Source: an uncultured Ruminococcus sp.
GTDB taxonomy: Bacteria; Bacillota; Clostridia; Oscillospirales; CAG-272
DNA: 64,000 bases
Direction of reading: 5' to 3'
NCBI GenBank assembly: GCA_964621165.1
Contig: CAZULC010000011.1
Span: 438 to 64,437, forward strand
A program made the translations under genes and the position numbers. Below, piece by piece: positions 17,174 through 27,625 of this stretch (the first letter of the stretch is position 1; each line of letters starts with the position of its first letter). The notes below the pieces were generated by a model that saw nothing but the letters and a program-made list of their open reading frames with translations, was not told the DNA's origin and made no database searches.

Positions 17174-17398
17174 ATAAATCGGCGCGGCGTCGGATTTCTC
17201 CGGACCTTGAATTGTTACCGGAATTTCCAAGAAAACCGCGCCATTTCTGTATGGATGCGACAAAAGACGGCTTGTGACTGGTTTTTCATCAGTACCGCCA
17301 ATCTGACTGAATCTGCACCACCGAAGCGGACGTGACTGTTTTAATCTTCGGCAGAAACTGATATAATATCCACAGACAAAGTGAGCAAAGGAGAAAAA

Positions 17399-17889
17399 AT
17401 GAACATTGAAATAAAGCCCATGGAGACCGAATATGAAATTCAGGGCAAAGGGTACGTCCATTGCAGGTCGTGGCACGAAACCTATACGGGACTTGTCGAC
17501 GAGGACTACTTGAGGGGCATAACCGAGGAAAAGTGCGACACAATAGCCCACGCTGGCCTGACAACATACTCGTGGCTAAGGACGGATATCAGGTCGTGGG
17601 ATTCGCGGGATACGGCGCATATCGGGACGAAACCTTACCGGGACACGGCGAGGTCTTTGCAATTTACGTTTTGGCTGAATATCACGGAAAGGGAGTCGGA
17701 TATGAGCTAATGAAGTCGGCATGCCGGAAGCTTAAAGATTACCCGTAGGTGGCACTCTGGGTGCTTGACGGAAACGAGAGTGCGATTCGCTTTTATGAGA
17801 GATTCGGCTTCCGCTTTGACGGATGTGAGCAGGAAATCAAATTAGGCTCACCGAGAATCGAGCGGCGGATGATATGCACAAATCCGTAA
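17399..17889 (+). pseudogene. GNAT family N-acetyltransferase, disrupted
   Basis: ATG at 17399 with a GGAG RBS. A frameshift near 17550 joins ...EKCDTIAH to RWPDNILVAKDGYQVVGF. An in-frame TAG at 17746-17748 lies inside the conserved ...KDYP*VALWVLDGNESAIRFYERFGF acetyl-CoA-binding region. The final stop is at 17887-17889. Confidence 0.85.
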
Positions 17890-17978
17890 TTTTGTAAACA
17901 AATGAAAATATTATGTCGCATTTTACAGTTTTGCCCGGTCAAAAAACGTTTTATTCATAATTTATCTATAAATATGTC

Positions 17979-18007
17979 TTGACTTTGCGTGGAAATTATG
18001 GTATTAT
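17979..18007 (+). promoter_or_regulatory. sigma70 promoter TTGACT-17-TATTAT of the atp operon
   Basis: TTGACT at 17979-17984 and TATTAT at 18002-18007. Confidence 0.6.
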
Positions 18008-18095
18008 AACCATATAATGTAAAAGGATAGTATTCAGCGGCGTGATGGCACAGCTACGGCTTCATTTACGCGGCCTGACATAAATCGAGGTCAAT

Positions 18096-18674
18096 ATGAA
18101 ACTCGAACCCGAGGTAAAAAAAGAAATAAAGCTGATGGCATTCGGGTGCGCGGTCTGCTCCGTTGTCTGTATATTGGTGTTCCTTATCATAGGAAAATTC
18201 GGCTGGGACGTGGTGATCGGTGCGCTTATCGGATTCGTTTTGGCGGTTGGCAACTTCATCCTCATGTCCCTGAGCATTGTGAAGGCTCTTGAAACGGGGG
18301 ACGAAAACACTGCCAAGGTTAAGATGCACTCCTCCTACATCCGGCGGACGATAATAATGCTTGCGGTCATGGCGCTGTCCATCGCGGTTGAATGGATAAA
18401 CTGGATTCCGGTGCTTCTTTCGGTATTCTACCCCAGAATTATAATAACCGTGCGAAATGCCATCAATAATATAAAGCACAAAAACGATCCGCCGCCGGAT
18501 TACGCTCCCGCTGCTGAGGATAAGGAAGAGGAAACAAAGGATGAGTTTGAGTCTTTCGTCTCCGGCTTTTCAAAAGGTCCCGTTCCCGGCGCGGATAAAA
18601 AGAAGTCCGGCGGGATAGATAAGTCGGAAAAAAGCGGGACCCCAGAGCAAGACGACAATTCCGGCGAAGAATAA
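18096..18674 (+). CDS. atpI: ATP synthase protein I with a long charged C-terminal tail
   Basis: It is the first gene of the atp operon. The ~125-aa hydrophobic core is typical of AtpI. A ~65-aa Pro/Asp/Glu/Lys-rich extension follows. Confidence 0.7.
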   Translation: MKLEPEVKKEIKLMAFGCAVCSVVCILVFLIIGKFGWDVVIGALIGFVLAVGNFILMSLSIVKALETGDENTAKVKMHSSYIRRTIIMLAVMALSIAVEWINWIPVLLSVFYPRIIITVRNAINNIKHKNDPPPDYAPAAEDKEEETKDEFESFVSGFSKGPVPGADKKKSGGIDKSEKSGTPEQDDNSGEE

Positions 18675-18708
18675 AACAAACGACTATATATAATATAAAG
18701 AGGCAAAA

Positions 18709-19449
18709 ATGGATTCGATTAGTATAACCGGCGCAAAAATACTCTTTGAGATACCACTGTTCGGCGGCATTCCCATAACCGAAACCCAGGTGAACTCATG
18801 GATAGTCATGGCGGTGATATTCCTGCTGTGCCTGTTTTTGACCCATGGACTCAAGGTCAAGCCCACCTCAAAGCGGCAGATCGTCGCCGAGTGGATTGTG
18901 GAAAAGGTGACGGGACTTGTGCGGGAGAACATGGGTGTGAAGTTCGCTGGATTCGAGCCGTTCATATGCGCGATTTTGGCTCTGTCCGCGTTCTCGTCGC
19001 TGTCAGCCCTTCTCGGAATGTATCCCCCCACGGCGGACCTCAACACTGTGGCAGGCTGGGCAATTCTTGTGTTCGGCATGATAACCTACTACAAAATCAA
19101 AACCAACGGCTTCGGCGGCTACCTCAAGGGATACACTGAGCCTTTCGTGCCGTTCACTCCCTTCAACGTGCTGAGCGAACTGGGAACACCCGTGTCGATG
19201 GCATTCCGTCACTTCGGAAACGTGGTCTCGGGCGTGGTAATCTCGACCCTTGTATACGCGGCACTGGCGTCTGCTTCCACCGCACTTCTGGGCTGGCTCC
19301 CGGGAATTCTCGGAAAAATTCCGTTCTTGCAGGTGGGAATTCCGGCTGTGCTGTCGATTTACTTTGATGTGTTCAGCTCATGCATGCAGGCGTTCATCTT
19401 CGCAATGCTGACCATGCTATACATCGGAAGCGCGGCCAGCGAAGAATAA
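18709..19449 (+). CDS. atpB: F0 ATP synthase subunit a
   Basis: 246-aa polytopic protein. It has the conserved Arg in the FRHFGNVVSG motif and the expected operon position. Confidence 0.92.
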   Translation: MDSISITGAKILFEIPLFGGIPITETQVNSWIVMAVIFLLCLFLTHGLKVKPTSKRQIVAEWIVEKVTGLVRENMGVKFAGFEPFICAILALSAFSSLSALLGMYPPTADLNTVAGWAILVFGMITYYKIKTNGFGGYLKGYTEPFVPFTPFNVLSELGTPVSMAFRHFGNVVSGVVISTLVYAALASASTALLGWLPGILGKIPFLQVGIPAVLSIYFDVFSSCMQAFIFAMLTMLYIGSAASEE

Positions 19450-19485
19450 GTTTGCTTGAAAAAGTCAAAAATTGACTAAACATAA

Positions 19486-19782
<297 letters not shown>

Positions 19783-19828
19783 TATTACACTATTTATACA
19801 CTATTTAAAGTAAAAATCGGAGATAATA

Positions 19829-20326
19829 ATGGATTCAGAATATCTTGAGTTAATATCGCTGAATATCTGGCACATCATCGCCACCATAGCCAATCTCCTG
19901 ATTCTCATGCTCATTTTAAAGAAATTCCTGTTCAAGCCGGTTCAGAAAATCATGGCTGAGCGGCAGAGTCAGGTGGACGAGCTTTACGCCGGCGCTGAGG
20001 AAGCCAAAACTCAGGCAGAGGCTGACCGTAAGCTTTACAGTGAAAAACTGGAAGGCGCACATGCCGAGGCGGATTCGATTATAAAGAACGCCACACGCCG
20101 TGCGGACAAGCTGGGTGAGGAGATCATCGAGGAAGCCAAAGCCAAAGCCGCCGACACTGCACTTAGAGCCGAGGCTGACATCGAGCGAGAGAAAAAGAAG
20201 GCTATGAGCGAGCTGAAAAACGAAATCTCGGAAATATCCGTGCAGATTGCCGAAAGCGTGGTTTCGAGAGAAATCAAGGAAGGCGACCACAAGGAACTCA
20301 TCGACTCCTTTATCGACAAATTATAA
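19829..20326 (+). CDS. atpF: F0 ATP synthase subunit b
   Basis: 165 aa with an N-terminal TM helix and a long charged helix, in the expected operon position. Confidence 0.9.
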   Translation: MDSEYLELISLNIWHIIATIANLLILMLILKKFLFKPVQKIMAERQSQVDELYAGAEEAKTQAEADRKLYSEKLEGAHAEADSIIKNATRRADKLGEEIIEEAKAKAADTALRAEADIEREKKKAMSELKNEISEISVQIAESVVSREIKEGDHKELIDSFIDKL

Positions 20327-20465
20327 CGCGTGAAATATACAGAAAAACCTGATTTTAGTCAGCTGTTTTCACGCTAAAGAATTCCTTGAAAAACGGAACC
20401 AACCATTTTTCATCGTCTTTTAGACGACCGGAATTCTTTCAGAGATATATTTAAGGGGTATATGT
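20327..20465 (+). repeat. family-1 structured intergenic repeat, copy A (atpF|atpH spacer)
   Basis: It begins immediately after the atpF TAA. Stem GCGTGAAA(20328-35)/TTTCACGC(20367-74). Stem AAAGAATTCC/GGAATTCTTT (about 20376-20439) encloses TGAAAAACGG-aaccaa-CCATTTTTCA and the hairpin CGTCT-ttt-AGACG. It is homologous to the reverse complements of 26652-26911 and 43611-43836. Confidence 0.85.
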
Positions 20466-20990
20466 ATGAACGATATAGCAATGGAATATTCGGCGGGACT
20501 GTTTGAGCTGGCCTCAGACGAAGGCTGTGAGGATGTGCTTCTCGGGGAAGTCAAGGCTTTGAAACCCCTTTTCACCCGGGAGTATCTGCATACCCTCATC
20601 AATCCCTCCATTCCGAAGTCAGCGAGAGAAGGAATGATAGACGAAGCCTTCGGCGGAAGAGTCAACCGTAATCTCGTGTCATTCATGAAGCTCATGGTGG
20701 ACCGGGGAATCGGGGATTTGATTCCGTCCTGCTTCGCTGAATACGAAAATCTGTACAGAGAAAAATTCAATATAACCGTAGTCACAGCCGAAAGCGCGGT
20801 TGAACTGACGGAAGAGCAGAAGTCGAAGCTCACCGCTAAGCTGGAGGAAAAAACCGGCGGACGGGTGGAGATGGTCTATCGTGTAAATCCGTCCCTTCTC
20901 GGTGGCATGAAGCTCGACATCGGCAACCGCAGAATCGACGACAGCGTAAAGTCAAAAATTAATGAAATCGCGGCCCGGCTTAAGGCGTAA
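20466..20990 (+). CDS. atpH: F1 ATP synthase subunit delta
   Basis: 174 aa, OSCP-like, in the expected operon position. Confidence 0.88.
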   Translation: MNDIAMEYSAGLFELASDEGCEDVLLGEVKALKPLFTREYLHTLINPSIPKSAREGMIDEAFGGRVNRNLVSFMKLMVDRGIGDLIPSCFAEYENLYREKFNITVVTAESAVELTEEQKSKLTAKLEEKTGGRVEMVYRVNPSLLGGMKLDIGNRRIDDSVKSKINEIAARLKA

Positions 20991-21046
20991 ATTTCGACGT
21001 GACAGGCGGCCCGGAAACGTATCACTCGTGAAAGGAATAATATAAA

Positions 21047-22573
21047 ATGGGACTTCGAGTGGACATTCGTCCTGAAGAAATCAGCAGTATTATAAAAAAT
21101 CAAATAAAAAATTACGAAAATAAAGCGGAAGAAGCGGAAACCGGTACGATCATAACCTCCGGAGACGGCATTGTGCGCGCTTTCGGTCTCGAAAAATGCA
21201 TGGCCAATGAGCTTGTGGTCTTCGAGGGCGGCGAGAGCGGAATGGCCATGAACCTTGAAGAGGAAACCGTGTCAATCGTCATGCTGGACGACGCTTCAAA
21301 CATCCGCGAGGGGACTAAGGTGAAGAGGACCGGCCGCGTCGTTTCAGTTCCCGTGGGCGAGGAGATGATAGGACGTATCGTCAACGCTCTCGGCAAACCC
21401 ATCGACGGAAAAGGTCCGATCAAAACCGAGCTTACCCGCCCAATCGAGAGCGAAGCCCCCGGCATCATCAAGAGAAAAAGCGTGTCCGTACCGCTTCAGA
21501 CCGGAATCAAGGCTATCGACTCAATGATACCCATCGGACGCGGTCAGCGTGAATTAATCGTCGGCGACCGTCAGACAGGCAAGACAACAATAGCCCTCGA
21601 CACAATCCTGAACCAGAAAAACACGGGAGTTATCTGCATCTATGTCGCAATAGGTCAGAAAAATTCCACAATCGCAAATATAGCGGAAACCATTCGCAAG
21701 GCTGGCGCGGATTCTTATACAGTTGTAGTGGCGGCTTCGGCTTCGGAAGGATCACCGCTCCAGTACATCGCCCCCTACTCCGGATGCGCAATGGCTGAGT
21801 ACTTTATGGCACAGGGAAAGGACGTCCTCATAGTCTACGACGACCTGTCCAAACACGCTGTGGCATACCGCGCTCTCTCCCTCCTCATCCGCAGACCCCC
21901 GGGACGTGAGGCTTTCCCCGGAGACGTATTCTACCTCCACTCACGGCTCCTTGAACGTGCGGCTAGAGTCGCACCCGAGTACGGCGGAGGCTCCATTACC
22001 GCTCTCCCGATTATCGAGACCCAGGCCGGCGACGTTTCCGCATATATTCCTACAAACGTAATATCAATCACCGACGGCCAGATTTTCCTTGAGACGGAAC
22101 TGTTCCACTCGGGCGTTGTCCCCGCTGTCAACCCGGGTATATCAGTCTCCCGTGTAGGCGGCTCGGCCCAGATCAAGCCAATGAAGCAGTTCGCCAGCAC
22201 GTTGAAGCTGCTCTATTCCCAGTACCGGGAGCTTCAGACCTTCGCACAGTTCGGCTCAGACCTTGACGCAGATACAAAATCCCGCCTTGCGCTTGGTGAG
22301 AGAATCGTGGAAATTCTGAAGCAGGACAAAAATTCCCCCATAAAGGTTGAAAATCAGGTGGTCATCATCTACGCCGCAATAAATGGGTATTTGAATAAAG
22401 TCGCAGTGGCTGACGTAAAGGAATACGAAAAGGAACTGTACGAATTCATGGATCTTCGCCATCCCGAGGTTCTCGAGACAATCAAAGCAGGCGCAAAGCT
22501 CGGAGACGAAGAAAAAGCAGCTCTCGACGCCGCAGTCCGCGAATTCACGGAAAAGTTCACCTCCGAACACTGA
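21047..22573 (+). CDS. atpA: F1 ATP synthase subunit alpha
   Basis: 508 aa with Walker [10 protein letters not shown] and a highly conserved sequence throughout. Confidence 0.97.
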   Translation: MGLRVDIRPEEISSIIKNQIKNYENKAEEAETGTIITSGDGIVRAFGLEKCMANELVVFEGGESGMAMNLEEETVSIVMLDDASNIREGTKVKRTGRVVSVPVGEEMIGRIVNALGKPIDGKGPIKTELTRPIESEAPGIIKRKSVSVPLQTGIKAIDSMIPIGRGQRELIVGDRQTGKTTIALDTILNQKNTGVICIYVAIGQKNSTIANIAETIRKAGADSYTVVVAASASEGSPLQYIAPYSGCAMAEYFMAQGKDVLIVYDDLSKHAVAYRALSLLIRRPPGREAFPGDVFYLHSRLLERAARVAPEYGGGSITALPIIETQAGDVSAYIPTNVISITDGQIFLETELFHSGVVPAVNPGISVSRVGGSAQIKPMKQFASTLKLLYSQYRELQTFAQFGSDLDADTKSRLALGERIVEILKQDKNSPIKVENQVVIIYAAINGYLNKVAVADVKEYEKELYEFMDLRHPEVLETIKAGAKLGDEEKAALDAAVREFTEKFTSEH

Positions 22574-22655
22574 AGATGAAGCAGGCCGGACCCTATAACG
22601 CGTAACCTTTACCTCGTCCGGCTTCGCTTAACAATAACGTAAGGATAAAAGTAAA

Positions 22656-23525
22656 ATGGGAGCTAATATCAAAGCCATACGTGCCAAAATAAAAAGCGTG
22701 GATTCGACGCGGCATATAACCAAGGCAATGGAACTTGTGGCGTCCTCCAAAATCAGGCGGGCAGGGGAAAGAATGGAGTCGTCCAGATTCTACCGCTCCG
22801 TTATGATTGACGCTTTCGCTTCATTGGCTGCGGAAAAAAGCAAATACTCCGAACCCCGAAGCCGCTCTCTTCCCACACTCTACATCATTATAGCAGGAGA
22901 CCGCGGACTTGCCGGAGGGTATAACAACAATATCTTCCGCTCGGCTATGACAATGCTCGAGGATAAAGACCTGATTCTTCCCATCGGCAAAAGAGCAGTG
23001 GAGTACTACCGGCACAACGGAAACCTCGTCAGCGATAAGTTCGCCTCGGTGGAGCATTTTTCCTCGGAAAACTCGGCTGAAGTCTCACGAATCATAACAA
23101 ATATGTACGACAAAGATAAAATAGCGGCAGTCAACCTGATCTATACAAGGTTCTCGTCAATGCTCAGCCAGTCCCCTGATATAACCTACCTCCTTCCGCT
23201 TGACAAAAAGAAAAACAAAAAGTCCGGCGCGAATGGGACTGAAACGGATGAAAAAAGCACTGACGAACACCATATAGTGGTGGAATATGAACCAAGCCCC
23301 GAAGCTGTCCTGTCGGCTGTCATTCCCGAGTATATCTCAGGAGTGCTGTATTCGTCGGTCATGGAGTCCTACGCATCCGAACTGGCCGCAAGACGCTCCG
23401 CAATGGATACTGCCACCAAAAACGCCGACGAAATGATGAGCGACCTCAGCCTCAAGTACAACAGAGCAAGACAGAGCGCAATCACACAGGAAATCACAGA
23501 AATCGTTGCAGGCGCAAACGCATAA
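22656..23525 (+). CDS. atpG: F1 ATP synthase subunit gamma
   Basis: 289 aa. The N-terminal IKSVDSTRHITKAMELVASSK and the C-terminal ITQEITEIVAGANA are conserved gamma termini. Confidence 0.95.
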   Translation: MGANIKAIRAKIKSVDSTRHITKAMELVASSKIRRAGERMESSRFYRSVMIDAFASLAAEKSKYSEPRSRSLPTLYIIIAGDRGLAGGYNNNIFRSAMTMLEDKDLILPIGKRAVEYYRHNGNLVSDKFASVEHFSSENSAEVSRIITNMYDKDKIAAVNLIYTRFSSMLSQSPDITYLLPLDKKKNKKSGANGTETDEKSTDEHHIVVEYEPSPEAVLSAVIPEYISGVLYSSVMESYASELAARRSAMDTATKNADEMMSDLSLKYNRARQSAITQEITEIVAGANA

Positions 23526-23713
23526 AAATAATATTAAGCAGATGTGAGTTAACAGGAATGCAAACAATCTGATTTACTAAATCAAGGTGTTCCATACGGC
23601 GTGGGTGAGTAGGGTAGTGGTCCCTAAACACCACCTCCACCCTTCATGATGTCAAGGATAACAATATGGCAAGAGGAAAACTTCTTCATCGACAGGCACA
23701 AATGATAAATTGA

Positions 23714-25252
<1,539 letters not shown>

Positions 25253-25272
25253 AACAAAACGGTTTAACGATT

Positions 25273-25536
25273 ATGAAAACTTTCAAACTACAGATAGCCG
25301 CTCCAGACGGAATGAGATACGACGGCGAGTCAACCCAGCTTTCCGTCCGTGGAATCGTAGGGGAACTGGCAGTTCTCGCGGGACATGTGCCTTTCGTGAC
25401 GGCTCTCGCTCCGGGAGAAGTTCGGGTGTACCTCGATTCAGGGGAAGTCAAAAAAGGCCAGTGCGGCGGCGGTATGCTCATGGTCGCCAAAGACTGCACA
25501 AGAGTCATGGCCTCCGACTTCACGTGGAAGGAATAG
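25273..25536 (+). CDS. atpC: F1 ATP synthase subunit epsilon, N-terminal beta-sandwich only
   Basis: 87 aa. It aligns to the epsilon N-terminal domain (FKLQIAAPDG...LAVLAGHVPFVTALAPGEVRV). No C-terminal helical hairpin is encoded in any frame downstream. Confidence 0.85.
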   Translation: MKTFKLQIAAPDGMRYDGESTQLSVRGIVGELAVLAGHVPFVTALAPGEVRVYLDSGEVKKGQCGGGMLMVAKDCTRVMASDFTWKE

Positions 25537-25588
25537 CAGAATCACGCGGATATGACGGAATTTTATAACCGGATAAGGCGGCAGTAAC

Positions 25589-25951
25589 ATGGGATGTCTT
25601 GGAAACATGATATGGTTCCTCTGCGGCGGAATCTGGCAGGGTCTTGCATGGGCTGCCGCGGGTGTTTTATGGTGCATTACAATTGTGGGAATTCCAATCG
25701 GGCGGCAGTGCTTTAAATTTTCCGCTCTGTCGTTTTTCCCCTTCGGCAAGGAAATCCACTACGGCGGCGGCACAATGTCAACTCTCGCAAATCTTGTGTG
25801 GCTTATAGTGAGCGGCATTCCTCTTGCGGCGGCGGCAGTGATGAACGGAATTCTGCTGTGCTGTACCATAATCGGGATCCCATTTGGCAAGCAGTGCTTC
25901 AAAATAGCAAAGCTCGCACTCATGCCATTCGGAGCCACCGTGATTGACTGA
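25589..25951 (+). CDS. yccF: YccF-family inner membrane protein
   Basis: 120 aa with two copies of the YccF repeat (ITIVGIPIGRQCFKFSALSFFPFG and CTIIGIPFGKQCFKIAKLALMPFG). Confidence 0.85.
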   Translation: MGCLGNMIWFLCGGIWQGLAWAAAGVLWCITIVGIPIGRQCFKFSALSFFPFGKEIHYGGGTMSTLANLVWLIVSGIPLAAAAVMNGILLCCTIIGIPFGKQCFKIAKLALMPFGATVID

Positions 25952-25987
25952 CGGTAAAGCTGCTCCGACGCTAATAAAATAAAAAAT

Positions 25988-26019
25988 CAGGCAGTCGTTG
26001 TTTTGCGGCTGTCTTTTTT
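25988..26019 (+). terminator. rho-independent terminator candidate after the atp/yccF genes
   Basis: CAGTCG-ttgttttg-CGGCTG hairpin (one U.G pair) followed by TCTTTTTTG. Confidence 0.5.
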
Positions 26020-26131
26020 GCGTTAAAAACATAACTTCGACGTGTAAATTGTACTTTTTCGCGTTGGAATCATATTTTATGTGAAAACATAAAGTCTGTG
26101 CGGGATTCAGCCGTGTGTTTGACTCCACTGC

Positions 26132-26178
26132 AAAAATAAAAAACGGAGCCAGCATCAGCCGAACTCCGTCGTTTTTTT
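26132..26178. terminator. bidirectional rho-independent terminator
   Basis: ACGGAG...CTCCGT hairpin flanked by an A-run (26132-26142) and a T-run (26172-26178). It lies immediately 3' of the minus-strand gene ending at 26184. Confidence 0.65.
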
Positions 26179-26183
26179 GGAAA

Positions 26184-26651
26184 TTACAGATCCTTGCCTT
26201 CGTCCTCGTCTTCGTCGCCGATAAGGGGCTTCTGGCAGGCGGGACATATTACGTCCTCAGGGTCTACGCTGTCGTCGAAGTAAACTTTTCCGCCGCAGTT
26301 GGGACACATGGCAACGTAAACTTCATCGTCGTCCACGTCCTCATCGTCACATCCGCCGCAGTTTTCGCATTCGTCGTCGTCCTCGTCTTCATCATCATCG
26401 TCATCAAAAAAACAGCCGTTGTCGTCATCGTCGTCATATACGATTTCTTCAACGTCGCCCAAGTCCGCGTCAAGCTCTTCAACGTACTCGTTGGTTACAT
26501 CAAGCTCGTTGCGCAGGGTTTCGATTTCTCTGGCAAAATCGGCACAGAGGTCGCATAAAGCCGCGATAATCTTTCCCTCAGGGGTAGTAGTGTCGAGATT
26601 CGTTCCGTCAAGAAGACCTTTGATGTAAGCGCTTTTTTCCGTAGTTTTCAT
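26184..26651 (-). CDS. highly acidic zinc-ribbon protein of unknown function
   Basis: 155 aa with an N-terminal helical region, a D/E-rich low-complexity core (VYDDDDDNGCFFDDDDDEDEDDDE), and a CxxC...CPNCGG...CPAC zinc-ribbon pattern. Confidence 0.7.
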   Translation of the reverse strand: MKTTEKSAYIKGLLDGTNLDTTTPEGKIIAALCDLCADFAREIETLRNELDVTNEYVEELDADLGDVEEIVYDDDDDNGCFFDDDDDEDEDDDECENCGGCDDEDVDDDEVYVAMCPNCGGKVYFDDSVDPEDVICPACQKPLIGDEDEDEGKDL

Positions 26652-26911
26652 GAGGAAGCTCCTTTCAATTTACAAAAATTGCCAATGCCTTTTAATCAAG
26701 CAAAATAATAGTTAATACTTCGCTTAATGTCCTAAGCTAAACAAGCGAACAGATACAAACCACAGCTTGTCCTCGCTCCACATCTTAGATTAAACGTGAG
26801 AAGAATTCCGGTTTGCGAAGCAAATTGAAAATGGTTGGTTCCGTTTTCAAAGGAATTCTTCAGTGTGAAACCAGCTTATATGAAGTCCGCACTCGCTGAA
26901 TGTTTCACACG
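26652..26911 (-). repeat. family-1 structured intergenic repeat, copy B (efp|downstream gene spacer), long form
   Basis: Read on the minus strand, it starts right after the efp TAA. Stem GTGTGAAAC/GTTTCACAC. Core 26800-26861 has stem GAAGAATTCC/GGAATTCTTC, hairpin TTTGC-GAA-GCAAA, and hairpin TTGAAAATGG-ttggtt-CCGTTTTCAA. The conserved block CTCGCTCCAC lies at 26772-81, followed by the extra hairpin ACAAGC(26741-46)/GCTTGT(26765-70). Confidence 0.85.
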
Positions 26912-27469
26912 TTAAGCTCTTTCGAGGTACTCGTTTGTTCTGGTGTCGATTCTGATCTTGTCGCCAGTGTTGATGAATAGGGGAACCCTGATGGTGGCGC
27001 CTGTCTCAACTGTAGCCGTCTTGGAAGCACCTGTTGCTGTGTCACCTCTAACGCCGGGCTCGCAGTCCGTGATTTCAAGCTCAACGAACATGGGGGGCTC
27101 TACCGCGAAGGGCTTGTCCTGATAGGAGTGAATCTTGCAGATCATCTCTTCCTTGACGAACTTGAAGTTGTCGCCGATGAGATCCTTGCCGATCGGAACC
27201 TGCTCGTAGGAGTCGAGATCCATGAAGTAGTAAAGGTCGCCGTCGCTGTACAGATACTGCATATCCTTGCGGTCGATTCTCGCGTCGTTATATTTATCTG
27301 TGGGGGAGAATGTCTTTTCAACAACCGCGCCGGTGATAACGTTTCTCAGCTTTGTTCTGACAAACGCCGCACCCTTGCCGGGCTTTACATGCTGGAACTC
27401 GATAACCTGCATTACCTGTCCGTCCATGTCGAATGTGATACCGTTTTTAAAATCGCCTGCTACAACCAT
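26912..27469 (-). CDS. efp: elongation factor P
   Basis: 185 aa. The N-terminal [39 protein letters not shown] is canonical EF-P. Confidence 0.96.
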   Translation of the reverse strand: MVVAGDFKNGITFDMDGQVMQVIEFQHVKPGKGAAFVRTKLRNVITGAVVEKTFSPTDKYNDARIDRKDMQYLYSDGDLYYFMDLDSYEQVPIGKDLIGDNFKFVKEEMICKIHSYQDKPFAVEPPMFVELEITDCEPGVRGDTATGASKTATVETGATIRVPLFINTGDKIRIDTRTNEYLERA

Positions 27470-27545
27470 AGTAGTAATTATCCCTCGGATTTGCGGGATA
27501 AACTCCTTTCAAATGATATATGTGATTTGAATTCTAATACACCAT

Positions 27546-27574
27546 ATTGTACTATATTTTTCCGCATTTTGCAA
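27546..27574 (-). promoter_or_regulatory. sigma70 promoter TTGCAA-17-TACAAT for efp
   Basis: On the minus strand the site reads TTGCAAaatgcggaaaaatatagTACAAT, about 70 nt upstream of the efp ATG. Confidence 0.55.
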
Positions 27575-27625
27575 GTAGGGAAGAGGAAATTTTTGAAAAA
27601 AAACAGTAAAAATCTGCGCGTTTTT

